Shown: positions 1 through 9,974 of the stretch, one piece after another
How positions within the stretch are numbered: position 1 is the first letter of the stretch
Layout of the letters: each line of letters opens with the position of its first letter
Source: an uncultured Acidobacteriota bacterium
Lineage (GTDB): Bacteria; Acidobacteriota; Polarisedimenticolia; Polarisedimenticolales; DASRJG01
Reading direction: 5' to 3'
NCBI GenBank assembly: GCA_964628935.1
Contig: CAZVOE010000004.1
Span: 1 to 61,470, forward strand
DNA: 61,470 nucleotides
The notes under the pieces: model-generated
What the model was told of the DNA's origin: nothing
Database searches by the model: none
The model's input: only the letters and a program-made list of their open reading frames with translations
Translations under genes and position numbers: made by a program

Positions 1-2091
1 ACGATCTTCAAGCTGACCGGGCTCGCCGTCGCAATCGTCGAGGAGACTTTCTTCCGCGGCCTCATGTTCCGCGCAGTCTTCCGCGAATCCGGACTCGCCG
101 CCGCGCTCTGGAGCACCGCACTCCTCTACTCGGCGATCCATTTCCTGGCGCGCGCCCGCCTCCCGCACGCACAGATCGGCTGGGACAGCGGCATCGCGCT
201 GCTCGGCTCGGCGTTCTCGCGCTTCGCCGCGCCGTCGGCATTCGTGGATTCATTCGTCACGCTCGTGCTCGTCGGCCTGATGCTCGGGCTCGTGCGCCAG
301 CGCACCGGCGGCATCGCGGCCGGCATCGGCCTGCACATGGGCTGGGTCTGGGTGATCAAGTCGACGACGTCCGTGACCGACCTCGAGGCGGGCGCGCGGT
401 GCCGAATCGTCGAGGCGAGCCTCGCCTGGCGGCTCGGCGAGGATGCGTACGACGCCTCCGAACGCGCGATCGACGCGATCGAGTCGCTCCGCGACCTCCA
501 GTTCGACGACGGAGTGCGAGCGGGGGTCTATTCGCGTTGGATCTTCTTCTACGACCGGCTCATCGGGTACCTTCTCGGGGCGTCGGGCCGGACCCCCTCG
601 CGCAGGGACGTCGAAACGGCGTTCGAAGTGGCGGAGCGGATGCGGGCGCGGGTGCTCCTCGAGCGACTCGACCAGTCGGGGGTTCCGCTCGCGGAGCCGG
701 CCCACGCGGACCTCCTGGCAGCGAGGCATCGCACGATCGAGGAATCGGCGCGGATTCGTGTCGAGCTCGCGAGTCCGTTTCTCGACGATGCCGGGCGCGC
801 GAAGCGCCTCGAGACGCTGGACGCCCTGGCCGCCGAGGAGGCGTCGCTCCGCACGAGACTCTCGGAGGCCGATCGACGTTTCGCGAACCTGCGAACTCCC
901 GAAAGCCCTTCCCTCTCCGAAGTGGAGCGCGCGATCCCTCCCGACACCGCGATCCTCGCGTTCACCACCGGGTCCGGGATTTCCAAGGGAGGCTACATCG
1001 GCGGCGGCTCCTGGCTCCTCGTCCACACCTCCGGCGGCACCCGGTTCTACGCGATTCCTCCCGACGAAGATCTCGCCGTCGAGACGGCGCTTTACGCAGG
1101 GCTCTTCGAGAGCGACGACCCTTCCGAAGGTCGGGCTGCCGGACGCCTCCACGATCGTCTGCTTCGGGACGCGCTCGACGGGCTTCCCCCGTCGGTTTCC
1201 TCGCTCGTTCTCGTCCCCGACGGGCCGCTCCACCGGCTTCCCTTCGCCGCGCTCAGACCGCGTCCGGACGATCCGCCCCTCGCGGAGCGGTTCGCGCTGT
1301 CGACCGCGCCCTCGGTCACGGCGTGGCATCGGTGGGCGCGGGAAACGCCGAGTCCGATCCCTCCGGGGGCCGTGATCGTCGCGGACCCGTGGACGGGAGG
1401 GCGAGAGGCCGCAAAGGCGCGCGACGAATCGGGCGGCCTTCCGTTCGCGCGGCGCGAGGCTCGCGGGGCTGCGGCGCTGCTTCCCGGGCGGTCGCGGATC
1501 CTGGAGGGGGGCGAGGCGACGGAGTCCGCTCTCAAGCGCGCCGCGTTCGACCAGTTCGGCATCCTCCACATCGCCGCCCATGCCTGCCTCGATCGGGAGC
1601 GGGACGAAGAGGCGTTCCTCGTGCTCGCTCCGGGCGTTGACGAAGAGGACGGACGACTCACCGTCGCGGAGGCATCGACGCTCCCGCTCCGCGACCGCGT
1701 CGTCGTGCTCGCCGCATGCCGAACCGCGGGGGGCCCCTTCGTCGAGGGCGAAGGGGTCGAAAGTCTCGCGCGCGGCTTCCTCGTGGCGGGAGCGCGAGCG
1801 GTGATCGGGAGCCTCTGGCCGCTCCGTGACGAGGAAACGGCCCGGTTCTTCGACGCCTTCTACCGGCGGCTCTCCGAGGGGTCCTCGGTGGCCGACGCGT
1901 TCGCGGGGGCGCAGCGGGACCGGATCACCGCCGGGGCCGAAGCCTCGGAGTGGGCCGGGCTCGTCCTCGTCGGAGACGGTACCGTGCGGCTCGCCGAGCC
2001 GGGGGCGCCCGGCCACACCCCGCTCGCCCTACTCGCCCTCGCGATCGCGGGGGCCGTCGCCGGCTGGCACCTCTACCGTCGAAGGCCCTGA
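1..2091 (+). CDS. CPBP (CAAX/Abi-type) intramembrane protease domain fused to a helical linker and a CHAT caspase-like protease domain, with C-terminal TM anchor; 5' end lies outside the window
   Basis: Frame is open from nt 1 (TIFKLTGLAVAIVEETFFRG...). CPBP motifs: EExxxR (EETFFRG), FxxxH (YSAIHF), H-box (GLHMGW). CHAT His/Cys contexts: ILHIAAHACLD and VVVLAACRTAGG, plus GSLWPL. Terminal hydrophobic helix LALLALAIAGAVAGW followed by RRRP. TGA at 2089-2091. Confidence 0.8.
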   Translation, partial: TIFKLTGLAVAIVEETFFRGLMFRAVFRESGLAAALWSTALLYSAIHFLARARLPHAQIGWDSGIALLGSAFSRFAAPSAFVDSFVTLVLVGLMLGLVRQRTGGIAAGIGLHMGWVWVIKSTTSVTDLEAGARCRIVEASLAWRLGEDAYDASERAIDAIESLRDLQFDDGVRAGVYSRWIFFYDRLIGYLLGASGRTPSRRDVETAFEVAERMRARVLLERLDQSGVPLAEPAHADLLAARHRTIEESARIRVELASPFLDDAGRAKRLETLDALAAEEASLRTRLSEADRRFANLRTPESPSLSEVERAIPPDTAILAFTTGSGISKGGYIGGGSWLLVHTSGGTRFYAIPPDEDLAVETALYAGLFESDDPSEGRAAGRLHDRLLRDALDGLPPSVSSLVLVPDGPLHRLPFAALRPRPDDPPLAERFALSTAPSVTAWHRWARETPSPIPPGAVIVADPWTGGREAAKARDESGGLPFARREARGAAALLPGRSRILEGGEATESALKRAAFDQFGILHIAAHACLDRERDEEAFLVLAPGVDEEDGRLTVAEASTLPLRDRVVVLAACRTAGGPFVEGEGVESLARGFLVAGARAVIGSLWPLRDEETARFFDAFYRRLSEGSSVADAFAGAQRDRITAGAEASEWAGLVLVGDGTVRLAEPGAPGHTPLALLALAIAGAVAGWHLYRRRP

Positions 2092-2099
2092 TCCACGCG

Positions 2100-2897
2100 T
2101 CAGAGCAACCCGCGCCCCTTCGCCCAACGCTCGAATTCCTCGGCCAGTTGCTCGAACGAGTCGATCACGAACAGGAGCGGCTGCATGTGCCAGACGTCGT
2201 AGTCCTGTTCGGTGATCCGGTCCGGGTCGAAGGGGAGCCGGGTGACCGCGTCGGTGAGGCTGTGCTTCGTCTCACCGTTCGAGGAGAGGATCCCGTTTCC
2301 GTAGATCCGCAGCCCCTCCGGGGTGTCGATCAGGCCGAACTCGACGGTGAACCAGTAGAACCGCTCGAGGCGGCGTCGGTCGTCGCCCGTCGCGCGGAGC
2401 GCGGCGCGTCCCATCAGCTGGTAGAAGTCGGCGAACGCGGGATGCGTGACCATCGGCGTGTGCCCGAAGACGTCGTGGAAGAGGTCGGGGGCGGGGGTGT
2501 AGTCCATCTCGTGTCGCGGGCGGATCGCGTCCGTCGACGGAAACACTCGGCGCGCGAGGAAGGCGAAGAAGTCCTGCTCGTGGAGGAGCCCCGGGATCCG
2601 GGCGACTCCCCAGTTCGTGGTCTTCCTCAGGACTGCGTCGGCGTCGCGGAGCGCGGGGATGCGATCCTGCGGGAAGCCCATGCGTTCGAGCCCGTCCAGG
2701 AACTCCTTGCAAGCCCTGCCCGGGAGGAGTTCCCTCTGGCGACGGTAGAGGATCGCCCACGTTTCATGGTCGAAGTCGGGATAGTCGGGGTACGGGATCG
2801 CCGCCCCTTCGGGGACGGGACCGTCGAGACTGATGGGGACGCATCGCGGATCGGCGCCGGTCGCGGCGGCGCGCTCGTAGGCCGATTGATCGTGCAT
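2100..2897 (-). CDS. phhA: phenylalanine 4-hydroxylase (aromatic amino-acid hydroxylase, bacterial short form)
   Basis: Translation from ATG at 2897 (GGAGG a few nt upstream) gives the core motifs PDLFHDVFGHTPM, FYWFTVEFGL and YGNGILSS. The N-terminal extension of the 396-aa track ORF is Arg/Cys-rich and looks non-coding. Confidence 0.9.
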   Translation of the reverse strand: MHDQSAYERAAATGADPRCVPISLDGPVPEGAAIPYPDYPDFDHETWAILYRRQRELLPGRACKEFLDGLERMGFPQDRIPALRDADAVLRKTTNWGVARIPGLLHEQDFFAFLARRVFPSTDAIRPRHEMDYTPAPDLFHDVFGHTPMVTHPAFADFYQLMGRAALRATGDDRRRLERFYWFTVEFGLIDTPEGLRIYGNGILSSNGETKHSLTDAVTRLPFDPDRITEQDYDVWHMQPLLFVIDSFEQLAEEFERWAKGRGLL

Positions 2898-3132
2898 GAG
2901 TGCCTCCTCGAAAAGCGAGAAACGCGGGTTCGGTTTCGTGATCGGGGCGGAAACGTGCTCAGCGACGGTAGCGAGCGATCCCGCCGCACGACGCTCGATG
3001 GAGGCGAAGCGTCTCGCGCATGCGGACCTAGATACGGCGAAGGGCGAGAAGAGGCAAGGGCGGTGAGTCAAACGGCGGCACGTGGCGTCTTTTCGTTCCA
3101 GGGGACGTCTCGCGCGTCCCGGCGAGGGTGCC

Positions 3133-6100
3133 ATGAAGATGCCGCGGGTCCTACAACGCATCCTTCCCTTTCTGATCGTCGCCCCGGCGGCGTTTGGGGC
3201 GGAGTCGACGGATTGGTTGTCCGAGATCCGGCGGAACATCGCCGCCTCGGAGTACGAGATCTCCCATCCGGAGAACTGGCAGGCCCCCAATCGGGCTCAC
3301 GGCTTCAGAACGTTCTTCGACGAGAGGGGCATCCGCGTCGTGAGCCGGGAGGAACCGGAACCGACCTGGGAGTGGCGTCTTTCGTGGGTCGCATACGGCC
3401 GAGGGGGGGCGAGTTGGCCGGTCGACGCCGCGGTTCTCGACGCGAAAGGGGCGCACATCGACTACCACCGGGGATCCCTGCGGGAGTGGTACGACAACTC
3501 GCCGCGTGGGCTGAAGCAGGGTTTCTTCCTCGCCGCGCCGCCCGAGGAGGTCGGGCGAAGGACCGGAATGAAGGCCGAGCGCGCCGGCACCGTCTCGCCG
3601 GGTCGCGCAAGAAAGGTCGACCCGGACCGGCTCGTCCACGTTGACTTGGCGCTCGGCGGCTCGCTGCGTCCGCTGTTCTCCGAGGACGGTCTGGCGATCG
3701 ACTTTGAGGCTCCCGGCGGGGGACGGGTGATCCGTTACGCGGGGCTTCGCGTCATCGACGCCCGAGGGCAGACGCTCGCTGCGTGGATGGAGGGGTACGC
3801 GGGCACGGGCGGTGGGGGGATCCGCATCGTGATCGACGACACGGGTGCGATCTACCCGATCACGATCGATCCACTGGCGACGTTTCCGGCGTGGACGGCG
3901 GGAGGCGGACAAGACTGGGCGTGCTTCGGCGAGTCGGTCGCGACCGCCGGGGACGTGAATGGTGACGGTTTCAGCGATGTCGTCGTCGGAGCGCCGTGCT
4001 ACGACGCGGGCCAGTACGACGAAGGGCGTGCGTTCGTGTACTACGGCACGGCCTCCGGACCTTCCGCGACGGCGAGTTGGACGGCGGAGAGCGACCAAGA
4101 CGGCGCATTCTTCGGCTACTCCGTGTCGACCGCGGGAGACGTCAACGCAGACGGGTTCTCCGATGTCCTCGTGGGGGCGAGTCTTCGCGACAACGGCCTG
4201 TACGACCGAGGGCGTGTCTACCTCTTCCTCGGCTCCGCGGCCGGTCTCAACGCCGCCCCGGCGTGGACGCAAGACGGCGAGGAGCAGGGAGCGGAACTCG
4301 GTACGTCGGTCGCTGCGGCGGGGGACGTCAACGGGGGCGGATTCGGCGACGTAATCGTCGGCGCCCCGAAGGTGGACGGCGGAGGGTGGGATCTGGGACG
4401 CGCGTACCTCTATCTCGGAAGTGCCCTGGGTCCCGACACGAACCCGGCTTGGATCGCCACGGGAACGACCGATCTCGCGTTCTTCGGAAAGTCCGTAGCG
4501 ACCGCGGGGGACGTCAACGGCGATGGCTTCGCCGACGTGATCGTTGGGGCCCCGTCGGAGGACACGGGGATGTACGGTCCGGGCAGCATCTTCGCGTACC
4601 ACGGCTCCGCTTCGGGCCTATCTCCCGTGGCAAACTGGTCGCAGACGGACTCCCAGGATGCCGCGCAATTCGGCTTCTCCGTCGGGACGGCGGGCGACGT
4701 CAACGGCGACGGGTATGCGGACGTGATCGTCGGGGCCCCGCAGGAGACGACCGGCGGGGTGACGGGAGGGAGCGTGTACGTGTACCACGGCTCCGCCTCC
4801 GGCCTGTCCTCGAGCGGGCGATGGTCCCGTCACTTCCCGCAGCAGGGTGCGATGGCGGGTGTGAGCGTGGCGACGGCGGGCGATGTGAACGGGGACGGTT
4901 ATGCCGACATCATCTTCGGCGCGGAGCGCTACTACAACCCCGAGCCGAACGAAGGGGCGGCATTCGTTCACCTCGGCTCAGCCAGCGGGGTGAACGCGAA
5001 CGTGTACTGGAGCACGGAGGGGAATGGGGAGTCGGCTCTCCTCGGCCGGTCCGTCGGGACGGCCGGGGACGTCAACGGCGATGGCGTGAGCGACGTCGTC
5101 GTCGGGGCACCCTACCTCAGCTTGACGTTTCTATCGGAAGGGCAGGCGAGCGTCTACCTCGGCTCGCCTGCCGGTCTCGCCGAAAGCGCTGGATGGACCG
5201 CGGAGGGTGACTCGAACGCCTCGGGCTACGGCTCCTCGGTCGGGACGGCCGGGGACGTGAACGGCGACGGATACGCGGACGTGATCGTCGGCGTCCCATA
5301 CTACGACGGTGGCGTGATGGAAGGGGGGCGCGTACTCGTCTACCTCGGCTCGGCCTTCGGACTTGCAACGAGTCCGTCGTGGATCGCGGATGGCGATCAA
5401 ACCGAAGGCTGGTTCGGATTTGCGGTCGGGACCGGCGGGGACGTGAATGGTGACGGGTTCAGCGACGTCGTCGTCGGAGCGCCGCGCCACGACGCGGGCA
5501 AGTACGACGAGGGGCGAGCCTTCGTTTACCTCGGCTCGGCCTCGGGGCTCGCTACAACTCCGGCCTGGAGCGCGAAAGGGGATCAGGAAGTTGCCGTATT
5601 CGGGTGGGCCGTCGGAAGCGCCGGAGACGTGAACGGGGACGGATATGCGGACGTGATCGTCGGCGCTCCGTACTTCGATGACGGCCCGTTGGAGGATGCC
5701 GGGCGCGCGTTCGTGTACCACGGTTCGGCCGCGGGACTCGCGCCGCTCGCCGGGTGGACGAGCGCTGCGTGGTGGGGATACGGGGCGCAATTCGGTTGCA
5801 GCGTCGGAACCGCGGGCGACGTCAACGGGGATGGCTACGCGGACATCGTCGTGGGGAGTGAATTGGACATGGCCTTCGTCTACCAGGGGTCGGCCTCGGG
5901 CCTCGCCGCGGTTGCGGAATGGAGCGGCTACGGCGAAGTAAACGAGTACTTCGGTCACGCGGTCGGGACCGCGGGCGACGTGAACGGGGACGGCTACGCG
6001 GATGTCATCATCGGCGCACCGCGCTACCCCTACCCTCTCCAACAGGGGCGCGCGGTGGTGTTTTTGGGCTCGGCTTCGGGGCTCGCGCAGAATGCGGCGT

Positions 6101-7863
6101 GGAGTTTCGAGGACGATCAGGCGGGCGCCCATCTCGGGGAGGCGGTCGGAACCGCAGGCGACCTCAACGGGGATGGGTACGCCGACATCGTTGTCGGCGC
6201 TCCGGATCGCGACGCTCAGTACGTCGACCACGGACGCGTGCTCGTCTTCCACGGTTCGGCTTCTGGACTCCCTGCGAGCCCGGTCTGGAGCGTGGACGGG
6301 GCCAGCGCGAGGAACTTGGGAGAGTCGGTCGGGACCGCAGGAGACGTCAACGGGGACGGATACGCGGAGCTAATCGTCGGTGCTCCGGCATTGACCGGGG
6401 CCGATCGCGGCCACGCCTACCTTCACTACGGGAACGGTGGTCCAGGTCTCGCGCTGCTCCCGCGTCAGCTTCGCGACGATCTCGCGACACCCATCGCCCC
6501 GCTCGGCGAGTCCGACCGAACCGACGGCTTCCGCCTCTCTCTGATCGGCCGTTCCCCCTTCGGGCGTGGAAAGATCGGGGTCGACTGGGAGGTGAAGACT
6601 CTCGGAGTTCTCTTCGACGGGGAGGGGCTCGAGAGCGTGCCCCCCGAGCACGACACGGGCACCGACGGTAGGACGCTCGAGGGGGTGCTCTCGGGCCTCG
6701 CGGCGGGACGGCCGTTTCATTGGCGCGCGCGGCTCGTGCACGATCCCGTCACCTACCCGTTCCAGCGTCGCGGCCGCTGGATCGCGATGCCGTGGAACGG
6801 TTGGCAAGAAGCCGACCTTCGCACCGACTCGCAGGCCGATCTTTCGGTCTCGCAAACCGACTCCCCCGATCCACAGTTCGAGGGGCAGCCGGTCGACTAC
6901 ACCGTCGCCGTGTCGAATGAGGGACCCGCTGCAGCGACGGCAACCCTGACCGACACTTTTCCCGAGGGCTCCACGTTCGTCTCTGCGTCGCCCGCTCAAG
7001 GAACGTGTTCTCACACCTCGGGGATCGTGACCTGCGATCTCGGCGAGATCGGCGTCGGAGCGACGGCAGAGGTTGTCATCCAGGTCTCGGCGCCCGACGG
7101 ATGGGGGACCGCGACCAACGTCGCGACGGTGGCCGTCGGGGCTCCCGCGACGGATCCAGAAGCGTCGAACGACACTTCCTCCGAATCCACCCAGATCCGA
7201 GCCCTGAACATCGGGGACCGCGTCTGGCGCGACCTGGACCGCGACGGCGTGCAGGACGAGGGAGAACCGGGGCTCGCGGGGGTCGTCGTCCTGCTCTACG
7301 ACGGTGCGGGCGGGCTGCTCGATGCCGTTGCCACGAACCACAACGGCTACTACACCTTCTTCGAGGGACTTTCCTACGGAACGCTGTACAACCTCCGCTT
7401 CGACCTTCCCGTCGGCTTCGACTTCTCGCCTCGGGATCAGGGAGCCGACGACTCGCTCGACAGCGACGCGGATCCTGTGACCGGCGACACGGCGATCTTC
7501 TCCCTGACCGAGTTCACCGACGCGACCGGATGGGACGCCGGCATGCACGACTGCTGGGCTCCGGACGAGGCGGTCTGGCTCTACGAGGTCGGCGTGACGA
7601 ACGATGGGAACGACTACCCGGTCCTGAACTTCCAGGACCCCAACCAGCCCGATCAGGTGACCGGCTACAACATCTACCGGTCCGACGACGCGGGCCTGCC
7701 TCCGGCCGAATGGCCCCTCGTCGCCTCGGACGTCGTCGACATGGACGAGGCGACGCCGAACAAGCAGTGGGTCGACACGTCGGGCGACGTGCCGCCTTCG
7801 GGAATCTGGTACTACCAGGTCACCGCCGCCAACCATCGCTGCCCGGCCGAGGGGCCGCGCTGA
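3133..7863 (+). CDS. giant secreted FG-GAP (integrin-alpha-like) repeat protein with C-terminal DUF11-like, SdrD-B-like and Fn3-like domains
   Basis: Signal-peptide-like start [25 protein letters not shown]. Fourteen units each contain (A/G)GD(V/L)N(G/A)(D/G)G(F/Y)(A/S/G)D(V/I)(V/I)VGAP. Then [20 protein letters not shown] (DUF11-like), [25 protein letters not shown] (SdrD B-like) and GYNIYRS...YYQVTAA (Fn3-like). Confidence 0.9.
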   Translation: MKMPRVLQRILPFLIVAPAAFGAESTDWLSEIRRNIAASEYEISHPENWQAPNRAHGFRTFFDERGIRVVSREEPEPTWEWRLSWVAYGRGGASWPVDAAVLDAKGAHIDYHRGSLREWYDNSPRGLKQGFFLAAPPEEVGRRTGMKAERAGTVSPGRARKVDPDRLVHVDLALGGSLRPLFSEDGLAIDFEAPGGGRVIRYAGLRVIDARGQTLAAWMEGYAGTGGGGIRIVIDDTGAIYPITIDPLATFPAWTAGGGQDWACFGESVATAGDVNGDGFSDVVVGAPCYDAGQYDEGRAFVYYGTASGPSATASWTAESDQDGAFFGYSVSTAGDVNADGFSDVLVGASLRDNGLYDRGRVYLFLGSAAGLNAAPAWTQDGEEQGAELGTSVAAAGDVNGGGFGDVIVGAPKVDGGGWDLGRAYLYLGSALGPDTNPAWIATGTTDLAFFGKSVATAGDVNGDGFADVIVGAPSEDTGMYGPGSIFAYHGSASGLSPVANWSQTDSQDAAQFGFSVGTAGDVNGDGYADVIVGAPQETTGGVTGGSVYVYHGSASGLSSSGRWSRHFPQQGAMAGVSVATAGDVNGDGYADIIFGAERYYNPEPNEGAAFVHLGSASGVNANVYWSTEGNGESALLGRSVGTAGDVNGDGVSDVVVGAPYLSLTFLSEGQASVYLGSPAGLAESAGWTAEGDSNASGYGSSVGTAGDVNGDGYADVIVGVPYYDGGVMEGGRVLVYLGSAFGLATSPSWIADGDQTEGWFGFAVGTGGDVNGDGFSDVVVGAPRHDAGKYDEGRAFVYLGSASGLATTPAWSAKGDQEVAVFGWAVGSAGDVNGDGYADVIVGAPYFDDGPLEDAGRAFVYHGSAAGLAPLAGWTSAAWWGYGAQFGCSVGTAGDVNGDGYADIVVGSELDMAFVYQGSASGLAAVAEWSGYGEVNEYFGHAVGTAGDVNGDGYADVIIGAPRYPYPLQQGRAVVFLGSASGLAQNAAWSFEDDQAGAHLGEAVGTAGDLNGDGYADIVVGAPDRDAQYVDHGRVLVFHGSASGLPASPVWSVDGASARNLGESVGTAGDVNGDGYAELIVGAPALTGADRGHAYLHYGNGGPGLALLPRQLRDDLATPIAPLGESDRTDGFRLSLIGRSPFGRGKIGVDWEVKTLGVLFDGEGLESVPPEHDTGTDGRTLEGVLSGLAAGRPFHWRARLVHDPVTYPFQRRGRWIAMPWNGWQEADLRTDSQADLSVSQTDSPDPQFEGQPVDYTVAVSNEGPAAATATLTDTFPEGSTFVSASPAQGTCSHTSGIVTCDLGEIGVGATAEVVIQVSAPDGWGTATNVATVAVGAPATDPEASNDTSSESTQIRALNIGDRVWRDLDRDGVQDEGEPGLAGVVVLLYDGAGGLLDAVATNHNGYYTFFEGLSYGTLYNLRFDLPVGFDFSPRDQGADDSLDSDADPVTGDTAIFSLTEFTDATGWDAGMHDCWAPDEAVWLYEVGVTNDGNDYPVLNFQDPNQPDQVTGYNIYRSDDAGLPPAEWPLVASDVVDMDEATPNKQWVDTSGDVPPSGIWYYQVTAANHRCPAEGPR

Positions 7864-7880
7864 GATCCGTGGAGAACCCC

Positions 7881-9962
7881 ATGAAACGCCCGTACCACGT
7901 CATCGCGCTCGTTCTCGCGACAATTGCGCTCGGCGCAGGCCGCGCTCCCGACCGTCTGATCGTGAAGTTCCGGGACGACGCCCAGGTGCGGCTGCGGTCC
8001 GGAGACCTCGTCTCCCTCGCCGGCCGGGATCTTTCCGAGGTCGCGCGGGCTCTCCGCGACCATGGGCCCGTGACGATCGATCCGCTCTTCGGGAGAGACG
8101 AAGCCGACATCGAGCGGACCCGGCGAGCGGCGACGGCGCGCTCGGGAAGGCATCTTGCGGACCTCAACGGCTACATCGAGATCGCCGTGCCTCGGGAAGA
8201 GTGCGAGGAACTTCTCGCGCGTCTCCTCTCCGTCCCCGTCGTCGAGACCGCTTACCGCCCGGCGCTTCCCCCTCCGCCCCCCGGGGACATTCCTCCCACG
8301 ACGCCCGACGGGGAGCCCGATCAGGGTTACCTCTACGCCGCTCCCGAAGGGATCGAGGCGGCGTACGCGTGGACCGTCGCGGGCGGCAAGGGCCAGGGGG
8401 TGAAGGTCGTCGACATCGAGTACTCGTGGCGGGAGGCCCACGAGGACCTCGATGCGGCGGTCGGAGCGGCGGCGTGCTTCCCGCCGACCGCCGAGTACAT
8501 CGAGCACGGCACGGCGAGCATGGGGCTCCTGATCGCGGGACGGAACGGGTACGGGGTGACCGGAGTCTCCCACATGGCCACGCCCGTGTTCGTCACGGAT
8601 TATCCCCAAGGGATGTCCTACAGCGTCGCGCGCGCGATCGACTGTGCGATGACCCTTCTCGATCCTGGCGACGTGATGCTGATCGAGGCCCAGACCTACG
8701 GGCCGAACGGCACCTTCGTCCCCGTCGAGTGGGACCCGGCGGAGTTCGACGCGATCTCGATCGCGACCGCGGCGGGGATCGTCGTGGTCGAGCCCGCGGG
8801 AAACGGGGGCGAGAACCTGGACGCTCCGGAGTATGGTGGCCGCTTCGACTGGACCGTCCGAGATTCCGGGGCGATCATCGTCGGCGCCGGCGCGCCCCCC
8901 GACTACGAGACGCAGCCCGACCGCTCGCGACTCGAGTTCTCCTCGTATGGAGGGAGGCTGACCTCGCAGGGATGGGGCGACGACGTGGTGACGACCGGGT
9001 ACGGCGACGCGTTCGACGGCGGAGGAGATCCGAACCAGTACTACACCGCGGTTTACAGCGGGACCTCGTCGGCCTCTGCGATGGTGGCGGGAGCGGTCGC
9101 GTCCCTCCAAGGCGCGAAGCTCGCCTGCGGCCCCGAGCCACTCGAACCGATTCTCCTCAGGAATCACCTGTCGTGGACCGGCTCTCCGCAGGGGAGCGGG
9201 CCGTACCCGGGGAACATCGGCTCTCGGCCGAACCTCCGCGCCGCGATCGACGCTCTCTCGGACGACGGGGACGGCGACGGCTGGAGCGAGTGCGACGGCG
9301 ACTGCGACGACGTCGACTGGAGCCGCGCTCCGGGTTGGGAGGAGTGGTGCGACGGCGTCGACAACGACTGCAACCGGATCGTGGACGACCGGGACGCGGA
9401 CGGCGACGGACGCTACGCCTGCGAGACCTCGCCCGAGCCGCACGATTGCAGCGACGACCACGCCGGAATCTGGTCCGTTCCCACGGAAGCGCGGAACCTG
9501 CGCTTCGCCGACAAGACGACCCTCGTGTGGGATCCCCCGTCCGAGCCCGGGATGCGGATGCCCGGCCATTACGAGGTCGCGAAGGGATACGACGTGTTCT
9601 TCAGTTGGACGTCCTGTCTCGTCCCGGCGGACTACCCCGGAGCGTCGGCCGTGGATTCGGAGGAACCCGCCCCGGATTCCCTGTTCTTCTACCTCGTGCA
9701 CGACCAGAACCTCTGCGGCCCCGGATCGTGGGGGCGGGACTCCGCCGGGAACGAGCGAGGACCCTGGGTCGATTGCCCGTACGACGTGGATGGCGACGGG
9801 CTGGTCGACGTGTCGGAGGACAACTGCGCCCGCGACTACAACCCCGGCCAGGAGGACGGGGACGGCGACTGGATGGGGGACATCTGTGATAACTGCTCCG
9901 CCGTGTTCAACCCGGAGCAGGTCGATTCCGACGGAGACGGGGTGGGCGACGCCTGCGAGTAG
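7881..9962 (+). CDS. secreted S8 (subtilisin-family) serine peptidase with Cys-rich Asp-rich metal-binding-type motifs and thrombospondin type-3-like repeats at the C-terminus
   Basis: Signal peptide [20 protein letters not shown]. Catalytic contexts [10 protein letters not shown] (Asp), IEHGTASMG (His), [12 protein letters not shown] (Ser). C-terminus carries [28 protein letters not shown] and [58 protein letters not shown]. Confidence 0.9.
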   Translation: MKRPYHVIALVLATIALGAGRAPDRLIVKFRDDAQVRLRSGDLVSLAGRDLSEVARALRDHGPVTIDPLFGRDEADIERTRRAATARSGRHLADLNGYIEIAVPREECEELLARLLSVPVVETAYRPALPPPPPGDIPPTTPDGEPDQGYLYAAPEGIEAAYAWTVAGGKGQGVKVVDIEYSWREAHEDLDAAVGAAACFPPTAEYIEHGTASMGLLIAGRNGYGVTGVSHMATPVFVTDYPQGMSYSVARAIDCAMTLLDPGDVMLIEAQTYGPNGTFVPVEWDPAEFDAISIATAAGIVVVEPAGNGGENLDAPEYGGRFDWTVRDSGAIIVGAGAPPDYETQPDRSRLEFSSYGGRLTSQGWGDDVVTTGYGDAFDGGGDPNQYYTAVYSGTSSASAMVAGAVASLQGAKLACGPEPLEPILLRNHLSWTGSPQGSGPYPGNIGSRPNLRAAIDALSDDGDGDGWSECDGDCDDVDWSRAPGWEEWCDGVDNDCNRIVDDRDADGDGRYACETSPEPHDCSDDHAGIWSVPTEARNLRFADKTTLVWDPPSEPGMRMPGHYEVAKGYDVFFSWTSCLVPADYPGASAVDSEEPAPDSLFFYLVHDQNLCGPGSWGRDSAGNERGPWVDCPYDVDGDGLVDVSEDNCARDYNPGQEDGDGDWMGDICDNCSAVFNPEQVDSDGDGVGDACE

Positions 9963-9974
9963 CGGCCCGGGCGC

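Noticed and set aside
250-2016. 588-aa minus-strand ORF antisense to the CPBP-CHAT gene. Similar long shadow ORFs: 3151-4602(-), 5131-6252(-), 15950-18391(-), 19495-23055(-), 23952-26513(+), 34604-36460(-), 37619-39649(-), 39802-41505(+), 51170-54130(+).
   Set aside because: The translations are dominated by Arg/Pro/Gly/Asp runs with no recognisable motifs. This is typical of stop-poor off-frames in very GC-rich DNA, and each is fully overlapped by an ORF with clear domain signatures.
3082-3132. Longer start (ATG 3082) for the FG-GAP protein, and similarly extended starts in the track (e.g. 3290 for phhA, 11618 for the lyase, 19052, 27766, 50665, 51605, 59762).
   Set aside because: The extensions are Arg/Gly/Pro-rich and precede an internal Met. 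That Met gives a proper signal peptide or a family-typical N-terminus, usually with a GGAGG-like SD.
9963-9974. Other convergent gene ends (9963-9974, 37612-37629) examined for terminators.
   Set aside because: The spacers are too short (12-18 nt) and lack a stem-loop plus T-tract. Only 21745-21780 and 33587-33618 met that standard.
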